Assembly: GCF_963921235.1 (NCBI RefSeq)
Contig: NC_086109.1
Location: forward strand, 8,434,001 to 8,498,000
Direction of reading: 5' to 3'
DNA length: 64,000 nucleotides
DNA from: Mobula hypostoma
Lineage: Eukaryota
Shown in pieces: positions 23,067 through 36,624 of this stretch; the first letter of the stretch is position 1; each line of letters starts with the position of its first letter. The position numbers and the translations under genes are program-made. Under the pieces are notes generated by a model. That model was not told the origin of the DNA, did not search any database, and worked only from the letters and a program-made list of their open reading frames with translations.

Positions 23067-23849
23067 TAAGTAACAATTTATATTTAAATAAATCAATAAA
23101 AGAAGTGGAATTCAGAGGAATGCAAAAGTACTAGCAAGAGTAACAATGAAATTACTGGATTGTTGTAACAGTGTGTGTGGATATCTGTCATCTTGATCTT
23201 AACTGTCCGCACTCCAGGGGCATGAAGGAATAGGTGAGAAATGTTGGTGCCTTCATTATCATCGATATCTTTAAAGAAAAATCCTATATTAAGTAAGGGG
23301 GTCATTTCAAATCAGCTGTAAGGTGCTCAGTGTGAGGTAACAGGCAAACCCTCCAATTTTGCTTTCTCTGCCTGGAGACATTTGTCTTGTGTTTGGGCTC
23401 CCTGCAGTAATCAGCTCGGGTTTGTTAGGATGACAAAGTGCTGGCTCCAATTGAGAGAGAGACAACAAGTCCACCCTTGCTGAGGAAGTCCCACCTGCGA
23501 CAGCAAAGCCCCCACCCAATGAACAACCAATTAAAAGCAGACCACTATGCACCCATAAGGCAGGATTTATTTATGTTCGGCATGGTTAGCAGAATGTTAT
23601 CAGTGATCAGGATTCCATTCCTGTCATGGTCTGGAAGGCGTTTGTACGTGACCGCGTGGGTTTCGTTCAGCTGCTTTGGTTTCCTACCAACATTCCAAAG
23701 ACATACGGTTAGGGTTGGTGAGCTGTGGGCGTGCTATGTAGGTGCCCAGAATACTCCTCACTGATTTGATTTAACACCAATGTCACACTTCACTGTATGT
23801 TTTGATGCACGCATGGCAAAACCAAATCAAACGAATCTGATTGGATAAG

Positions 23850-24225
23850 GTCAAAACTTCATTATAGGAAGGATGTGGAAGCTTTAGAGAGAGTGCAGAG
23901 GAGACTTACCTGCATACTGTCTGGATTAGAGAGCGTGCCTTGTGAGGAAAAATTGAGGGGGCTGGGGCTTTCCTCTTTTGAGCAAAGAAGGATGAGAGAT
24001 GACTTGATAGAGAAGACTTGAAGCAGAGATCGAGTCAGCAGCCAGAGAATTTGCCCCGGGGCAAAAATGGGATAATTTTAAGGTGAGTGGAGGAAAGTGT
24101 AGTGGGGACTATCAGAGGTAGGTTTTTTGCACAGAGACTGGTGGGTGCATGGACCCAGGGGAGGAGGTCGAGGCAGGTTCAATAGGAACATTTAAGAGGC
24201 TCTTGGATAGGCGTGTGGGTGATAG
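23850..24225 (+). mobile_element. CR1 3' fragment, decayed
   Basis: YRKDVEALERVQRRLT..RRMRDDLIE, plus the FFAQRLVGAW motif. Confidence 0.75.
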
Positions 24226-25524
24226 AAAAAAAGATTAGCTTTATTTGTCACATGTACTTTGAGAAATACAGTGAAATGCATCACTTACGTCAAAAACCAA
24301 CACAATCCGAGGATGTGTTGGGGGCAGCCTGCAAGAGTCACCAAACTTCTGGGGCCAACATAGCACGCTCACAGTTTACTGACCATTACTAATCCGTATG
24401 TCTATGGAACATGGAAGGGAAAAAGAGCACCCAGAGGAAATCTACAGGGATGGATTCTAATTTAAATTTAAATTTTAAAAACGAGGTGACGTCCAGTATG
24501 TTTCTTAAGGCCAAGACTGCATGATGTCACCATACGAAGAACGTGATTGCATTGGAGACTGTGTAAAGGGTGTCAGCATCAGAATCAAGTTTAATATGTG
24601 TTCAGTGTCCATTCAGAAATCTGATGGCAGAGGGGAAGAAGCTGTTCCTGAATCGTTGTGTGTGTGTGCCTTTAGGCTTTTGTTCCCCCTTCCTAATGGT
24701 TGCCTGGACTGGATCGTTTCAGTTAGTGGATGGGATTGGATGTGCTGGGTTTGTTTGCCCTGGGGTGGTCGTCCGAGAGGTGGCCTGACAGAGGTTATAC
24801 AAAAGAATGAACTAGAAGTTCCTCCACACCACTGAGCACATCTACAAAAGAGTGCTGCCACAAGAAAGCAATATCCATCATCAAGAACCCCCCCCTTCCC
24901 AATGCTCTCTTCCCTCTAGTGCCACGGGGACGGAGGTACAGGGGCCTTAGGTCCCACACCACCAAGCTCAGGAACGGTTATTACCCTTCAATCAATCAGG
25001 CTCTTGAACCGGCGTGGATAACCTCACTCGCCTCATCACTGAACTGATTCCACAACCTATGGACTCACTTTAAAAAAAATTCCAGACTGCTACAACTCAT
25101 ATTCTCAGCATTATTTATTTGTTTATTACTTGCACAGTTTGTTCTCTTTTGCACATTGGTTGTTTTTCCACCTTTTTAATTGATTTTATTGTATTTTTTT
25201 TGTCTATTGTGGATGCCTGCAAGGAAATCAATCTCGGTGTAGTATATAGTGAAGTGTAAGTACTTTGATAATAAACTTACTTTGAACTTTGAAAAGCCTG
25301 GTTCCTGGGTGGGATCGTCTGAGGAAAGCAGGCGTAGGTTTAAGGCGAGAGGTAGGAGGTTGGAGAGGATCTGAGGGGAATCTTGCACTCGGACCTGTTG
25401 CAGGGTTTCAACCTGAAACACCGATAATTCCTTTTTGCCATGTGTGGTAAATAAAGAAATCTGAATCTGAGATGCTGCCGGACTTGCTGAGTTCCTCCAG
25501 CAGGTTTATTGATTGATTGATTGA

Positions 25525-25815
25525 TTGATTGACTTATTGAGATACAGTGCAGGAAATGCCCTTCCAGCCCTTTGAGCTGCGCCGCCCAGCACTCTCCTGA
25601 TTTAACCTGAGCCCAATCACGGGACAATTTACAACGACCAATTAGCCCATCAATTGGTACGTCTTTGGACTGTGGGAGGAAACCAGAGCATCCGGAGGAA
25701 ACCCACACGGTCACAGGGAGAACGTACAAACTCCTTACGGGCAGCGGCGGGAATTGAACCCGGGTCGCTGGTACTGTAAAGCGTTATGCTAACTACTACA
25801 CTACCATGCTACCCC
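25525..25815 (-). mobile_element. V-SINE (HE1-like)
   Basis: Reverse complement carries A box, B box GGTTCAATTCC, V-domain and an (ATCA)n tail. Confidence 0.85.
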
Positions 25816-26609
25816 CTTCGCTATCTATCTTCTACACCTGATATAACATGGTGTCCCAACGTTATTCTGCCAACCATTAAAACTCCATCTTCAAGCTGAC
25901 CCAGAAGCCGTTTTGTGAAAGAGAGAGTGTAGACCTTGTAGAGGGTGTCATCTGAGTCCACTCCTGACCAAGCTAGCCCTGACTCTGAGTACTTATGCCA
26001 CTCTTCCGGGTTCCCCCACCAGAGGAAAGGGTTCCCTTTTATCTAATCGGTAAAACCTTTTTATCATTTTATACAACTTGATTAGATCATTCCCTTCACT
26101 ATCGGGAAGGTCTATGCAGCCTTAGTTCTCAAAGCCAGGTAAGCTGGTTCAAGTTGTGGGCGGCGAGGTGGGGGGAGAGATATACACAAGTGACCATTGC
26201 TCGTAGATTTTTCCCCTTTCCAGCGTTACAGTCCATTATCTTGGCTTGGTGTTTTGGCTTTATGCCAGAACTAGGAGGTGGCCAAGTTATATCTCCTCAG
26301 GAAGTGAGATTGCAGAGAGGAGTGAACTGTGACTGACAAATACTCTTTAACACCATTGGTCGGCGTCCAAATCAGCCCTCCCACCTCACTTCTTGTGCTC
26401 GGCCTACTACCCGATCCTGCACAGTTAAAACACAAGTTGATTTTCTTCCCTGGGATTTGTAGGGGCAAGTGGGAACTTCTACACTTCAGTTCCCTCTGTC
26501 GCTTTTGGAGCGTTTGAATCACCTTCAACAACATCTTGAAAATTCCTGAAACCAGATGATGATAGATTGAGTGAGTTAGGGCTTTTCTCTTCTTTATTTT
26601 TAAATTTTA

Positions 26610-26848
26610 TTTTATTGAGATCAGGCCCTATTGGTCCCTCAAGCAGCACTGGTCAGCAACCTCCGATTTAACCCTTGCCTAATCACAGGACAATTTACAT
26701 TGGCCGATTAACCTACCGACCGGCACATCTTTGGACTGTGGGAGGAAACTGGGACACCCGGAGGAAACATACACACAATCACGGGGAGAACGTACAAACT
26801 CCTTACAGGCAGTGGCAGGAATTGAACCTGAATTGCTGGTACTGTAAG
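26610..26848 (-). mobile_element. V-SINE (HE1-like), partial
   Basis: TTGGACTGTGGGAGGAAAC..GGGGAGAACGTACAAACTCC..GGAATTGAACC. Confidence 0.8.
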
Positions 26849-27370
26849 GCATTGGTGAAGGTGAGTGAGAGCTGACTTGGTAGAGATGATAATGGACTCA
26901 GGTTGAGTAGACAGTCAGAGACTTTTCCCCAGAGTGGAAATGGCTAACATGAGAAGGCATAATTCTAGGGTGACTGGAGGAATGTATGGTAGGAGGGAGG
27001 GATGTCAGAGGTAGTTTTTCATACCGAGAGTGGAGGGTGCATGGAACACACTGCCAGGGGAAGTGGTAGAGGCAGATACATCAGGGGAATTTAAGATAGG
27101 CAAATGAATGATCACAAATCTTCCCTCTCCCTCTCCTTCTTTAACGAGGCTGCTTCCCGCTGCAGTCACTGATTCTGTGGGCTGTTACTCATGTAAAGCA
27201 GTTATGGATACAGATAATTTCATTACGACACTGCTTTGAAGTAGTACAAGGGAAAACAGCAACAGAATGCCTTATAAAGTGTGACAGTTACAGAGAAAGT
27301 GCAGGTTAACAATTAGGTGCACTATCATAACGGGATGGATTGTGAGGTCAAGAGACCAATTTATCGTACT

Positions 27371-27752
27371 CATTCATTCGTTATTTGCAACGTCGTATGA
27401 CGTGGGCGATCATGGTCTTTCCATAACCATGACTTTTCTTGACAATTTTTTCTGCAGGAGTGGTTTGCCATTGCCTTCTTCTGGGCAGTGTCTTTACAAG
27501 GCAGGTGACCCCAGACGTGATCAATACTCTTCAGAGATTGTCTGCCTGCCGTCAGTGGTCGCATAACCAGGGCTTGTGATATGCGTCTGCTGCTCGTACG
27601 ACCATCCACCACTTGATCCCGTGACTTCGCGTGACCCTGATCGCGGGGCTAAGCAGGTGCTACACCTTGCCCAAGGGTGACCTGCAGGCTAGCCGAGGGA
27701 AGGAACATCTTACACCCTCTTGGGTAGAGTTGCACCTCCACCCTGCCACCCA
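27371..27752 (-). mobile_element. Non-autonomous RTE-related element with a Bov-A-like module (copy 2)
   Basis: GTGGTTTGCCATTGCCTTCTTCTGGG core; imperfect TSD TTATCGTACT / TTATCATACT. Confidence 0.75.
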
Positions 27753-28911
27753 TTATCATACTAGAAAACTAACTAATAGTCTTTTATCAGCAGAGCAGTA
27801 GCTGTCCTTGACGCTGGTGGGAAGGTACTTTCAGGCTTTTGTATCTTCTGCTCAACAGAAGAGAGGAGAAGGGAGAATGTCCAGGGTGGGTGTGGTCTTG
27901 GAACATGTTAGCTGTTTTACAACAAGACAGACAGTGAGGTCAAGAATCCATTTTATCATACAAGAGGTCCATTCAACAGTCTGGTAACAGCGAGATAGAA
28001 GGTGTTCCTCAAGGTGGGACATACTTTCAACTTTTGTGTCTTTTGCCTAATGGGTTGGGCGGGGAGAAGAGAGAAGGTCCAAGGTCCATCTTATTGTTTA
28101 TTAGGCGTTGAACAAACTTGTTACGACATGATTTAAATACCCTTCCTGTGTACAGCTGAAATATCAGACTGACACACACATCCTGTTTTCACAGGTGAAG
28201 ACAGATGCACTTTATAGCAAACATCTGATACAGTGCGGTTTCCTCTCTTGCAGTAAATCACAAATGACATTTCACGAGGAAGATGCAACTAGATACGATC
28301 AAGGGACATGCTGAGCTCTTAATCTTTTGTTGACGATGTTTACATTTTGTCTTAATGATTCTTTAACAATCAGTCCTCGATCTTCTTAATGCAAGTAGAA
28401 ACTGAGGGCTTTAAAACAAGTTGTGATGATAGAAAAAAAATGTTAACAGATCCAGAGCAAAAAATCTAAACAAGATTTACATGGATGTTTTCAGTGGTGG
28501 AATCAAACCTGGGTTGCTAGTACTGGAGTAGCATTTCCCTAATTGCTCTGTTAACATGACGCTCACACGGGCCATATCTCTCTTACCTTCCACATCCATA
28601 ACTGTGCAAATTGTCTATTATGTTTTGCAACTCCAAAACAAATCGAAAGGAAAATACAGGAGCTCAGGGATAACAGGTCCTGAAGTAATTTTTACTTTGA
28701 GTGAGGCGCACACATGATGTGATGCCGTAATGACGTATGCCATTCACGTACTTTTACATATAACCCATAATAAATTAAGCACACCAACAAATTATGCTTA
28801 ATCAAACAACATATTTGCCATATTACTGAAAAATTAAATACACAACACTCCTCTCTACTTAGCTACAAACTCCAACTCTATGTAGAATACATCTCATATA
28901 TACATACATAC

Positions 28912-29314
28912 AGTTTGTTTGTTCGTTCTACGCCGTGTTGTATGACATCGACAATCATGGTCTTTCCATGACCATGATTCTTCTTACCAAATTTTTCTAC
29001 AGGTGGTTTGCCATTGCTTTCTTCTGGGCAGTGTCTTTACAAGACAGCTGACCCCAGCCATTACCAAAACTCTTTAGAGATTGTCTGATTGTCTGATTGT
29101 CTGCCTGGCGTCAGTGGACACATAACCAGGACTTGTGATATGCACTAGCTACTCATATGACCATCCACCACCTGCTCCCACCATTTCACGTGACCCTGAT
29201 CGGGGGGGGGTGCTAAGCAGGTGCTACACCTTGCCCAAGGGTGACCAGCAGGCTAGCGGAGGGAAGGAGCACCTTACACCTCCTTTGGTAGAGATGTATC
29301 TCCATCCCACCACC
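28912..29314 (-). mobile_element. Non-autonomous RTE-related element with a Bov-A-like module (copy 3), nested in the Gypsy 3' UTR
   Basis: Same sequence as copies 1, 2 and 4, with a local GATTGTCT triplication. Confidence 0.75.
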
Positions 29315-31178
29315 CAATACACACACTATGTACAATATACTATATATAATAGAACTACTATTTAGACATACATAGATTAGAAAATTTTAAATTGTCCATA
29401 TAGACCTAAAAATTTAATTGCTGTGGAGGATTTCTTACTCTTATGGATAACATCTTTCTTGACAGGGGGATTGGGGTCACTATGCTTGATAGGTGAGACG
29501 TGTGGCTGTGAAACAATCTCAGGTTCTGGGGTCTCGTCCGCGGTGGTTGTAGGAGTTACCTCTGGGACTGCAGCAAGTGGCTCTGACATCTCTGGATACC
29601 TTTTTCCTGGGCGTGTTTGCATCCCAAGCAGTGCATGGCGAGCTCCTTGAGCTCTTGATCTATCCCAGGCCACCAGACAAAGCTTCGAGCCAACGCTTTC
29701 ATTTTGACCACACCTAGGTGACTGGCATGTAGCTCCTCCAACACTTTAGCCTCACCTTGGAAGGTACAACAACTCTCAATTCCCACAGAAGGCAACCCCT
29801 GTCAAGAGCGAGTTCATCTGGTGCTGGTAAAAATGGGGGAGCTGGAATTTCTGCTGCACATTCCAGCCATTTTGTGTGGCCATGTAGACCTGAGAAAGAG
29901 TGGGGTCCTTTCTCGTTTTCCTTTGGATCATCTCTCCTGTAACAGGGAGACTTCTGATAGGCATCAGGGAGGTTAAGGGGAGTGTGCTCTTTTGTAAAGT
30001 TTTCAGTTAATTCTTTTTCCAGGGATAAATGGGACAATCTATCAGCATTTCCATGACAAGCTGTCCTCTTGTAATTGTGTCTTCCAAGAAACAGAGCCCA
30101 TCTCTGCACTCATGCCACTGCTGTTAGTGGACTCAAGTGGTTGATGTTCAGTAACGAGGGTACTGGTAGAAATGTTTTACACCCCAAACCAGACTCAAGG
30201 CCTTTCTGCCAATCTGTGCATAATTTTTCTCTGCAGTGGTCAGAGAATGTCATGCAAAGCCTATGGGGCGTTCACTTCCAACACCCATAACCTGTGACAT
30301 GACTGCACCTACGCCATAAAGTGAATTTCACTGGTCAGTGTGGATCATAATATGTGAGTACAGTGTCTGACATCACCATTTCCTTTTTCTTTTGGAAAGT
30401 TACTTTACCTTGCTTTGTCCATTGCCATTTCTTCTCAATCTGTAGTAATGAGGTCAAGGGATGGAGCACAGTCGCCAGGATTAGCAGGAATCCATAATGG
30501 TAATTGACAAAAGTTAAAAAAGACCACAACTGTGACATGTCCTTTGGCCTAGGGGCATCCACCACTGCTTGAATTTTCTTAGCACATTTGGGTAATTCTT
30601 ATGCGTCAATGGTGTGACCACATTAAGTGATGCTTGGTTTAAAGAATTTCCACTTGTTGCATTACGCTCTGAGCCCATAGTCTTCTGATCTTTTTAACAC
30701 TGTCTTGAGATTTTTGAGATGTTCTTTGTTCCTTGGTAACAACGATGTCATCCAGGTACCTGGGCAACCTGGCAGCACCTGATCCATGGCTTTCTGCCAG
30801 TGTGCAGGGGCAGATGTTATTCCAAATATAAGCCTATTATGGCGATATAGCCCTTTATGAATGTTCATGGTGAGAAACACTTTGGACTCTTCTTTCATCT
30901 CCATCTGAAGGCAAGCCTCAGCTAAGTCCACTTTGCTGAAGTGTTTTCCTCCAGAAAGGTTTGCAATGATATCCTCTATCCTGGGCAGAGGGTATTGATC
31001 TACTTTCAGTACTTAAGATCACCACAGATTCTTGCAGACCAATTCTTCTTGGTCCATTCCAGAATAACTTGTGTCCTGGACACTATGGTCCCTACTGTCA
31101 TGTTTCGTAACTTCAAAACATTAACCTAATTCAAAGAAGACACAGGAGCCCAGGAATGTAGGCTTAAATTTGTCTTTA

Positions 31179-32645
31179 GACCATAAGATCAGAAGATACA
31201 GGAGCTGAATTAGGCCATTTGGCCCATTGAGTCTGCTCTGCCATTTCCTCATGGCTGATCCATTTTCCCTCTCTACCCTAACCTTCTGCCTTCTCCCCAT
31301 AACCCGTCATGCCCTGACCAATCAAGAATCTATCAACTTCTGCCTTAAGTATGCATACAGGCTTGGCCTCCACAGCTGCCTGTGACAAAGAATTCCACAG
31401 ATTCACCACACTCTGGCTGAAGAAATTCTTCCTTCTCCCCATTCTAAAAGGAAGCCCCTCTACTCTGAGGCTGTGTCCTCTGGTCTTCGACTCTCCCACT
31501 GTAGCAAACATCCTCTCCACCACTCTACCAAGGCCCTTCACTATCCGAGAAGTTTCAATGAGGTCACCCCTCATTCTTCTGAAATCTAGCGAATACAGGC
31601 CATCAAATGCTCGTCATATGACAAGCTGTTCAAATCTGGAATCATTTTCATGAACCTCCTTTGAACCCTCTCCAGTTTCAGCACATCCTTTCTAAGATAA
31701 AGTGCCCAAAACTGCTCACAATACTCCAAGTGAGGCCTCACTAGTGCTTTATAAAGTCTCAACATTACATCCTGGCTTTTACATTCTAGACCTCATGAAA
31801 TGAATGCTAACATCACATTTGCTTTCCTCACCACAGACTCAACCTGCAAATTAACCTTTAGGGAAACCTGCACAAGCACTCCCAAGTTCCTTTGCACCTT
31901 AGTTTTTTTGTATTTTCACTCCATTTAGAAAATAGTCAACCCTTTCATTTCTTCCACTAAAGTGCATGACCGTACACTTTCTGACACTGTATTCCATCTG
32001 CCATTTCTTTGCCCATTCTCTCCTAATCTAAGTCCTTCTGTAACCTCTGTCCTTCCACAAAACTACCTGCCCCTTCACCTATCTTTGCATCTGCAAACTT
32101 TGCAACAAAGCCATCAATTCCATCATCCAAGTCATTAACATATGACCTACTGTAAAAAGAATCAGTCCCTGCACAGACCCCTGTGGAACGCCACTAATCA
32201 CCGGCAGCCAATCTGAAAAGGCTTATAAAAATTGCTGGTGAAAGCAGCAGGCCAGGCAGCATCTATAGGAAGAGGTACAGAAAACGTTTCAGGCCAAGAC
32301 CCTTCGTCAGGACTAACTGAAAGAAGAGATAGTAAGAGATTTGAAAGTGGGACTCTTTGTCTCCTGCCAGTCAGCACTATTTCATTTGTCTGCAGCTTTT
32401 CCCTTGTTACTGCTTTATCCATTGCTCTCCTGTAATACCATGGGCTCGTAGCTTGTTAAGCAGCCTCATGTGTGTCACCTTGTCAAAGACCTTCTGAAAA
32501 TCCAAGTACACAACTCCAACCAATTCTCCTTTGTCTATCCTGCTTGTTATTTCTTCAAAAGATTCCAACAGATTTGGAACTGTCAGGCAAGATTTTCTCT
32601 TGAGGAAACTATGCTGTCTATGGCCTGTTTTATCATGTGTCTCCA
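31179..32645 (-). mobile_element. CR1 LINE fragment inserted in the Gypsy LTR; contains a Penelope terminus at ~32228-32350
   Basis: ORFs 31278-31574 and 32407-32676 carry CR1 motifs; minus CTGACGA-AGGGTCTTGGCCT-GAAACGTT at ~32283-32314. Confidence 0.88.
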
Positions 32646-33278
32646 AGTGAGGCGCACTCGTATCACGTGGTAGCACGATGACATATGCAATTATCTTACT
32701 TTTACATGTAACCTGTAACTAATTATTTAAACAAACAAGACTATTTAAACTATATAAAATTCAGATATTATTGAAATATAAAATACACAACAAATATCTT
32801 CAAAGATCTATTTACCTGGGAGACCAGGCTATTGGCTTATTCGTTTATTGTCATGTCTACTGAGATGCAATGAAAACCTTTTGTTTGCTTGCCATCCAGA
32901 CAGATCATTCTATACAAAGGTACATCAGTGTTCGATTTCAAAGTCAATTTTACTTTTGAGTTCCTCCAGCATTGTGTGTGTGTGTGTGTGTATGTGTGTT
33001 GCTCTGGATGTCTAGCACCTGCAGAACCTCTTGTGTTTCAGTTCCTTATCAGTGGTACACTGAATCTGGTATGAGCCTCCAAAGGAAATTGCAGTAAAAA
33101 TGACCATCAAATCCACAAGATCAAGGATTGCTTTCCAGAAACTAGAGCAGTGTAAGCATACTTCTTCAGCGTCAAGTTTATTGTCATCTGCACAAGTGCA
33201 ATGAAAAGATCAAGAGGTCCTCTTTTAGTGTACGGGAGGTCTATTCATGTCTCATAGTAGCAGGCTAGAAGCTCTCCT

Positions 33279-34300
33279 TGTTGGAGTGCATCTTCAGATC
33301 ACACAGAGAGTCAGGATGGTTAAACAAAGCTAGGAATTTTATTTGCAAGAAGTTCAAAGTTCAAAGTAAGTACTATTATCAAAATACATTTATGTCAGCA
33401 TATACTACCTTCAGATTAATTTTCTTGTGGGCATACTCAACAAATCTATAGAATAATAACCATAACGGAATCAATGAAAGACCAGCCAACTAGGGCAGTC
33501 AACCAGAGCGCAGGACACACCAAGCTATGCAAATACAAAAAAAAGGAACAATAATAATAAATAAATAAACAATAAACATCAAGAACATGAGATAAAGAGT
33601 CCTTGAAAATGAGTCCATTTGTTGTGGGAACATTTCAATGATGGGACATGTGAAGTTATCCCCTTTGGTTCAAGAGCCTGATGGCAGAGGGGTAGTAACT
33701 GTTCCTGAACATGGTGGTATAAGTCCTGAGGTTCCTGTACCTCCTACCTCATGGCTGCAGCGCAAAGAGAGCTTGACCTGGGTGGTGGGGGTCCCTGATG
33801 ATGGATAATGCTTTCCTGTGACAGTGTTTCATGTGGATGTGCTTAATGATGGACTGGGCCATATCCACTACTTTTCGTAGAATTTTCCGATCAAGGAGAC
33901 AAAACAAAACAGTAGAACTTGTAAGGTCTTGACTAACTTCACTAGGCAAGGATCAGGACCACCGAGACCCCAAGGAGTTAACATTGCCCTTTAGATACAC
34001 CCCAGGGCACGAGGGAATCCACGCCTAGCTCATTAAAACCCCAGACTCTTGACAAATTTACAAGTAACCATTCTGATAAGAGGCAGAAGTCTAAGGACAC
34101 TTAATTGGACACCTGCAAAGTCTCGAGGAGAATTAATTGGAGTTAACAAGGAGAATTGCAACTTAAATGTTAACCAGAGAAGACCTGATTATAACACAAT
34201 AAAAAACACAAAGCATAACAATTAATAAAACACAGAGAATAACAACTGCAAACAATTCAGAGCCCTCAGAAGACTGTACCAACAACCCAAGGCGGTGACA
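33279..34300. mobile_element. Probable solo LTR interrupted by a Rex1 3' fragment (~33351-33893, minus)
   Basis: TG...CA ends with 5-bp imperfect TSD CTCCT / GTCCT; the host repeat resumes after 34300. Confidence 0.55.
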
Positions 34301-35299
34301 GTCCTTGAGTCTGTTCCATTTTGTGTCTTTTACCTGATGGGATGGGGGAAGGAGACAGAATGTGGGGGGGTGGGGCGGGGTCCGTGATTATGTTCGAGTT
34401 CAAGCTCAAAGTTTATTGTCATTCAACTGTACACGTATACGGCCAAGTGAAACAATGCTGTTCTGGGACCAAGGTGCAAAACACAGGACATACAGTATAT
34501 ATCCCATTCAGCACATAAAATAATATTAACATACGAAAAGTATTCTGTAGATGGACAAGTTGGCATAAAGTGCATACTGGACATGTGCAGGCAGTTAAAG
34601 GTATAGAAGGAACACCAGCACGTGAAGCCAGCTCCGGTGGATTGGGAAGATGTGATCTACAGTGAGATCCAACGGTTAGGAAGGTGATACTGCAATGCTC
34701 TGTGAAGGGCAAAGGGACAGAAGACGTCGTGGTCATCCACTGCAACCAAGGAAGACCCCGGTTTGTGAGACTTGTTTGTACCTCTGGACTTGGACCAGAG
34801 GGCAAGAGAGTGGAACCGGCCAGTGCAAGGGCTTTTCCATTTTAAAAACTCTCCCGCACAGGTTTCCGATCATCGTTGGGTGTGACGAACAACCATTGTC
34901 AATACCTCTACTGGCATTGTCATGAAGAATGTGAACTGGGGGGGGGGTGGCAGGGGGCTCAGAGGCCTCACAGCCTGGGGGAAGAGGCTGCTACCCAGCC
35001 TAATGTTAGTGCCTTGGGCGCAGCAGAAATGCAGCTGTTAGCGTGTTGCTACTACAGCCCAGGGCATTCCGAACCCCAGAGTTCAACTCTGGTGCTGTTC
35101 TGTAAGGGGTCTCCTGTACTCCTCCCCTTGGAATGCGTGGGTTTCCCCCAGGTGCTCCGGTTTCCTCCCATTGTCCCAAGATGTGCCGGGTAGGTTAATT
35201 GGTTCTGTGATTAGGTTAGGGTTAATTGGGTTTGTGTGGGGGGGGGGTTGCTGGGGTGGCGTGGTCCAAAGGGCTGGAAGAGCCTAATCCAGACTGTAT

Positions 35300-35599
35300 A
35301 GGCATCCGCTAGTCTCGTGAGACCATGGATTTGTGCCTTGGAAGGTTTCCAGGGCGCAGGCCTGGGCAAGGTTGTATGGAAGACCAGCAGTTGCCCATGC
35401 TGCAAGTCTCCCCTCTCCACAACACTGATGTTGTCCAAGGGAAGGGCACTAGGACCCATACAGCTTGGCACCGGTGTCGAGGCAGAGCAATGTGTGGTTA
35501 AGTGCCTTGCTCAAGGACACAACACACTGCCTCAGCTGAGGCTCGAACTAGCGACCTTCAGATCACTAGACTGATGCCTTAACCACTTGGCCACGCGTC
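35300..35599 (-). mobile_element. tRNA-derived SINE (tail type A) inserted in the tail of a V-SINE
   Basis: 14-bp TSD AATCCAGACTGTAT (35286-35299, 35600-35613); same body as 4218-4516. Confidence 0.9.
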
Positions 35600-36624
35600 A
35601 ATCCAGACTGTATCGCTTAGTAAATAGGCAGAGAGATAGATCGAATAGAATAGCATCTTTGGCCCGATGGTAGGAACTTAATGAGATTACGGGATGGATG
35701 GGAGGGGTCGTTGAAAATGCTGAGGTCTCTGTGAATGCAGCACTTTTGGTGTATGTCCTGGATGGGGTGTGGGGATGATGGTAGATCAGTTTCTCGAGGA
35801 GCAGGAAGTATAGACGGAGTCAATGGAGGGAGGGCTGGTCTGAGTGACGGAGTGGGCTGCGTTTATCTGAAGTTTGGTACCTCTGACTGCTGGGAAGGTA
35901 GCACGGAAAGTGGGAGAGGAATGTTAGCACAGACAGTACAACTCCACTCGCCTGGCATGCTCAGGACTTCGGTCATTTTCCAAACTATTGGATGTTACTC
36001 TGATATTGATATTCTAACGTGCTTTTAACTCACAGTTTTTATAATGCTACACAGTACAAGAATAATTCTTCCACTTATCTCACTGAGTTTTAAGAGAATG
36101 TGCTGAACAGACTCAAGCTGTGACAAGAGACCGAGGCGAGGATGGGAATGTGACCCAGCCCAAGTGCTGGAGTTTGCAAGACTAGAATGAAGACACGATA
36201 CGAGACTGAAACAAGGGCAGGGTTCTAAACTAGAAGCTAGGTAGAAATGAGGATTGATCTCCGAACCTTAGATCAAGTGCTCTTTAAATATTAAAGTCAT
36301 GGCGCCCAGTTAGAAGGCTGGGCCTGAATGTTTAAAGGGGCCGCACCAGCTATCCATATTCTAAACCCCGGAAGCTGCTGCGGTCAGGTAGGTTTTAAGG
36401 GAGTGTGTGAACTGGGACCTTGGTGTGTCAATAAATAACTGAGGCCCCTATGAACTGCAAAGGTCAAAATCAGAATCATATTTACCGTCATTGTAATATA
36501 TTATGATGTTTGTTGTTTCTGGCCACAGTACAGTGCAATACATAAAATTTACTCTACTTAAATATTTACTCAGTTTACTTTAGATAGATAGACATAATAA
36601 ATACGCATGTAAGCAAATAGTTGT

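Larger units (their letters stand above)
28616..32792 (-). mobile_element. Second Gypsy of the same LTR family as 3008-7617: decayed RT/RNaseH/integrase, no gag or protease; right LTR split by CR1
   Basis: LTRs at 28616-28847 and 31096-32792. Pol motifs DLAEACLQM..IFGITSAPAHWQKAMDQVL, PKDMSQLWSFL, MQRWALFL..HGNADRLS, LEELHASHLGVVKMKALARSFVWWPGID. Polypurine tract next to the left LTR. Confidence 0.88.

Noticed and set aside
23093..23305. Minus-strand ORF or exon (DIDDNEGTNISHLF..)
   Set aside because: No homology recognised and no clear donor site.
33041..33156. Plus-strand exon ending at GTAAGC
   Set aside because: The acceptor is supplied by a repeat end and the peptide is unrecognisable.
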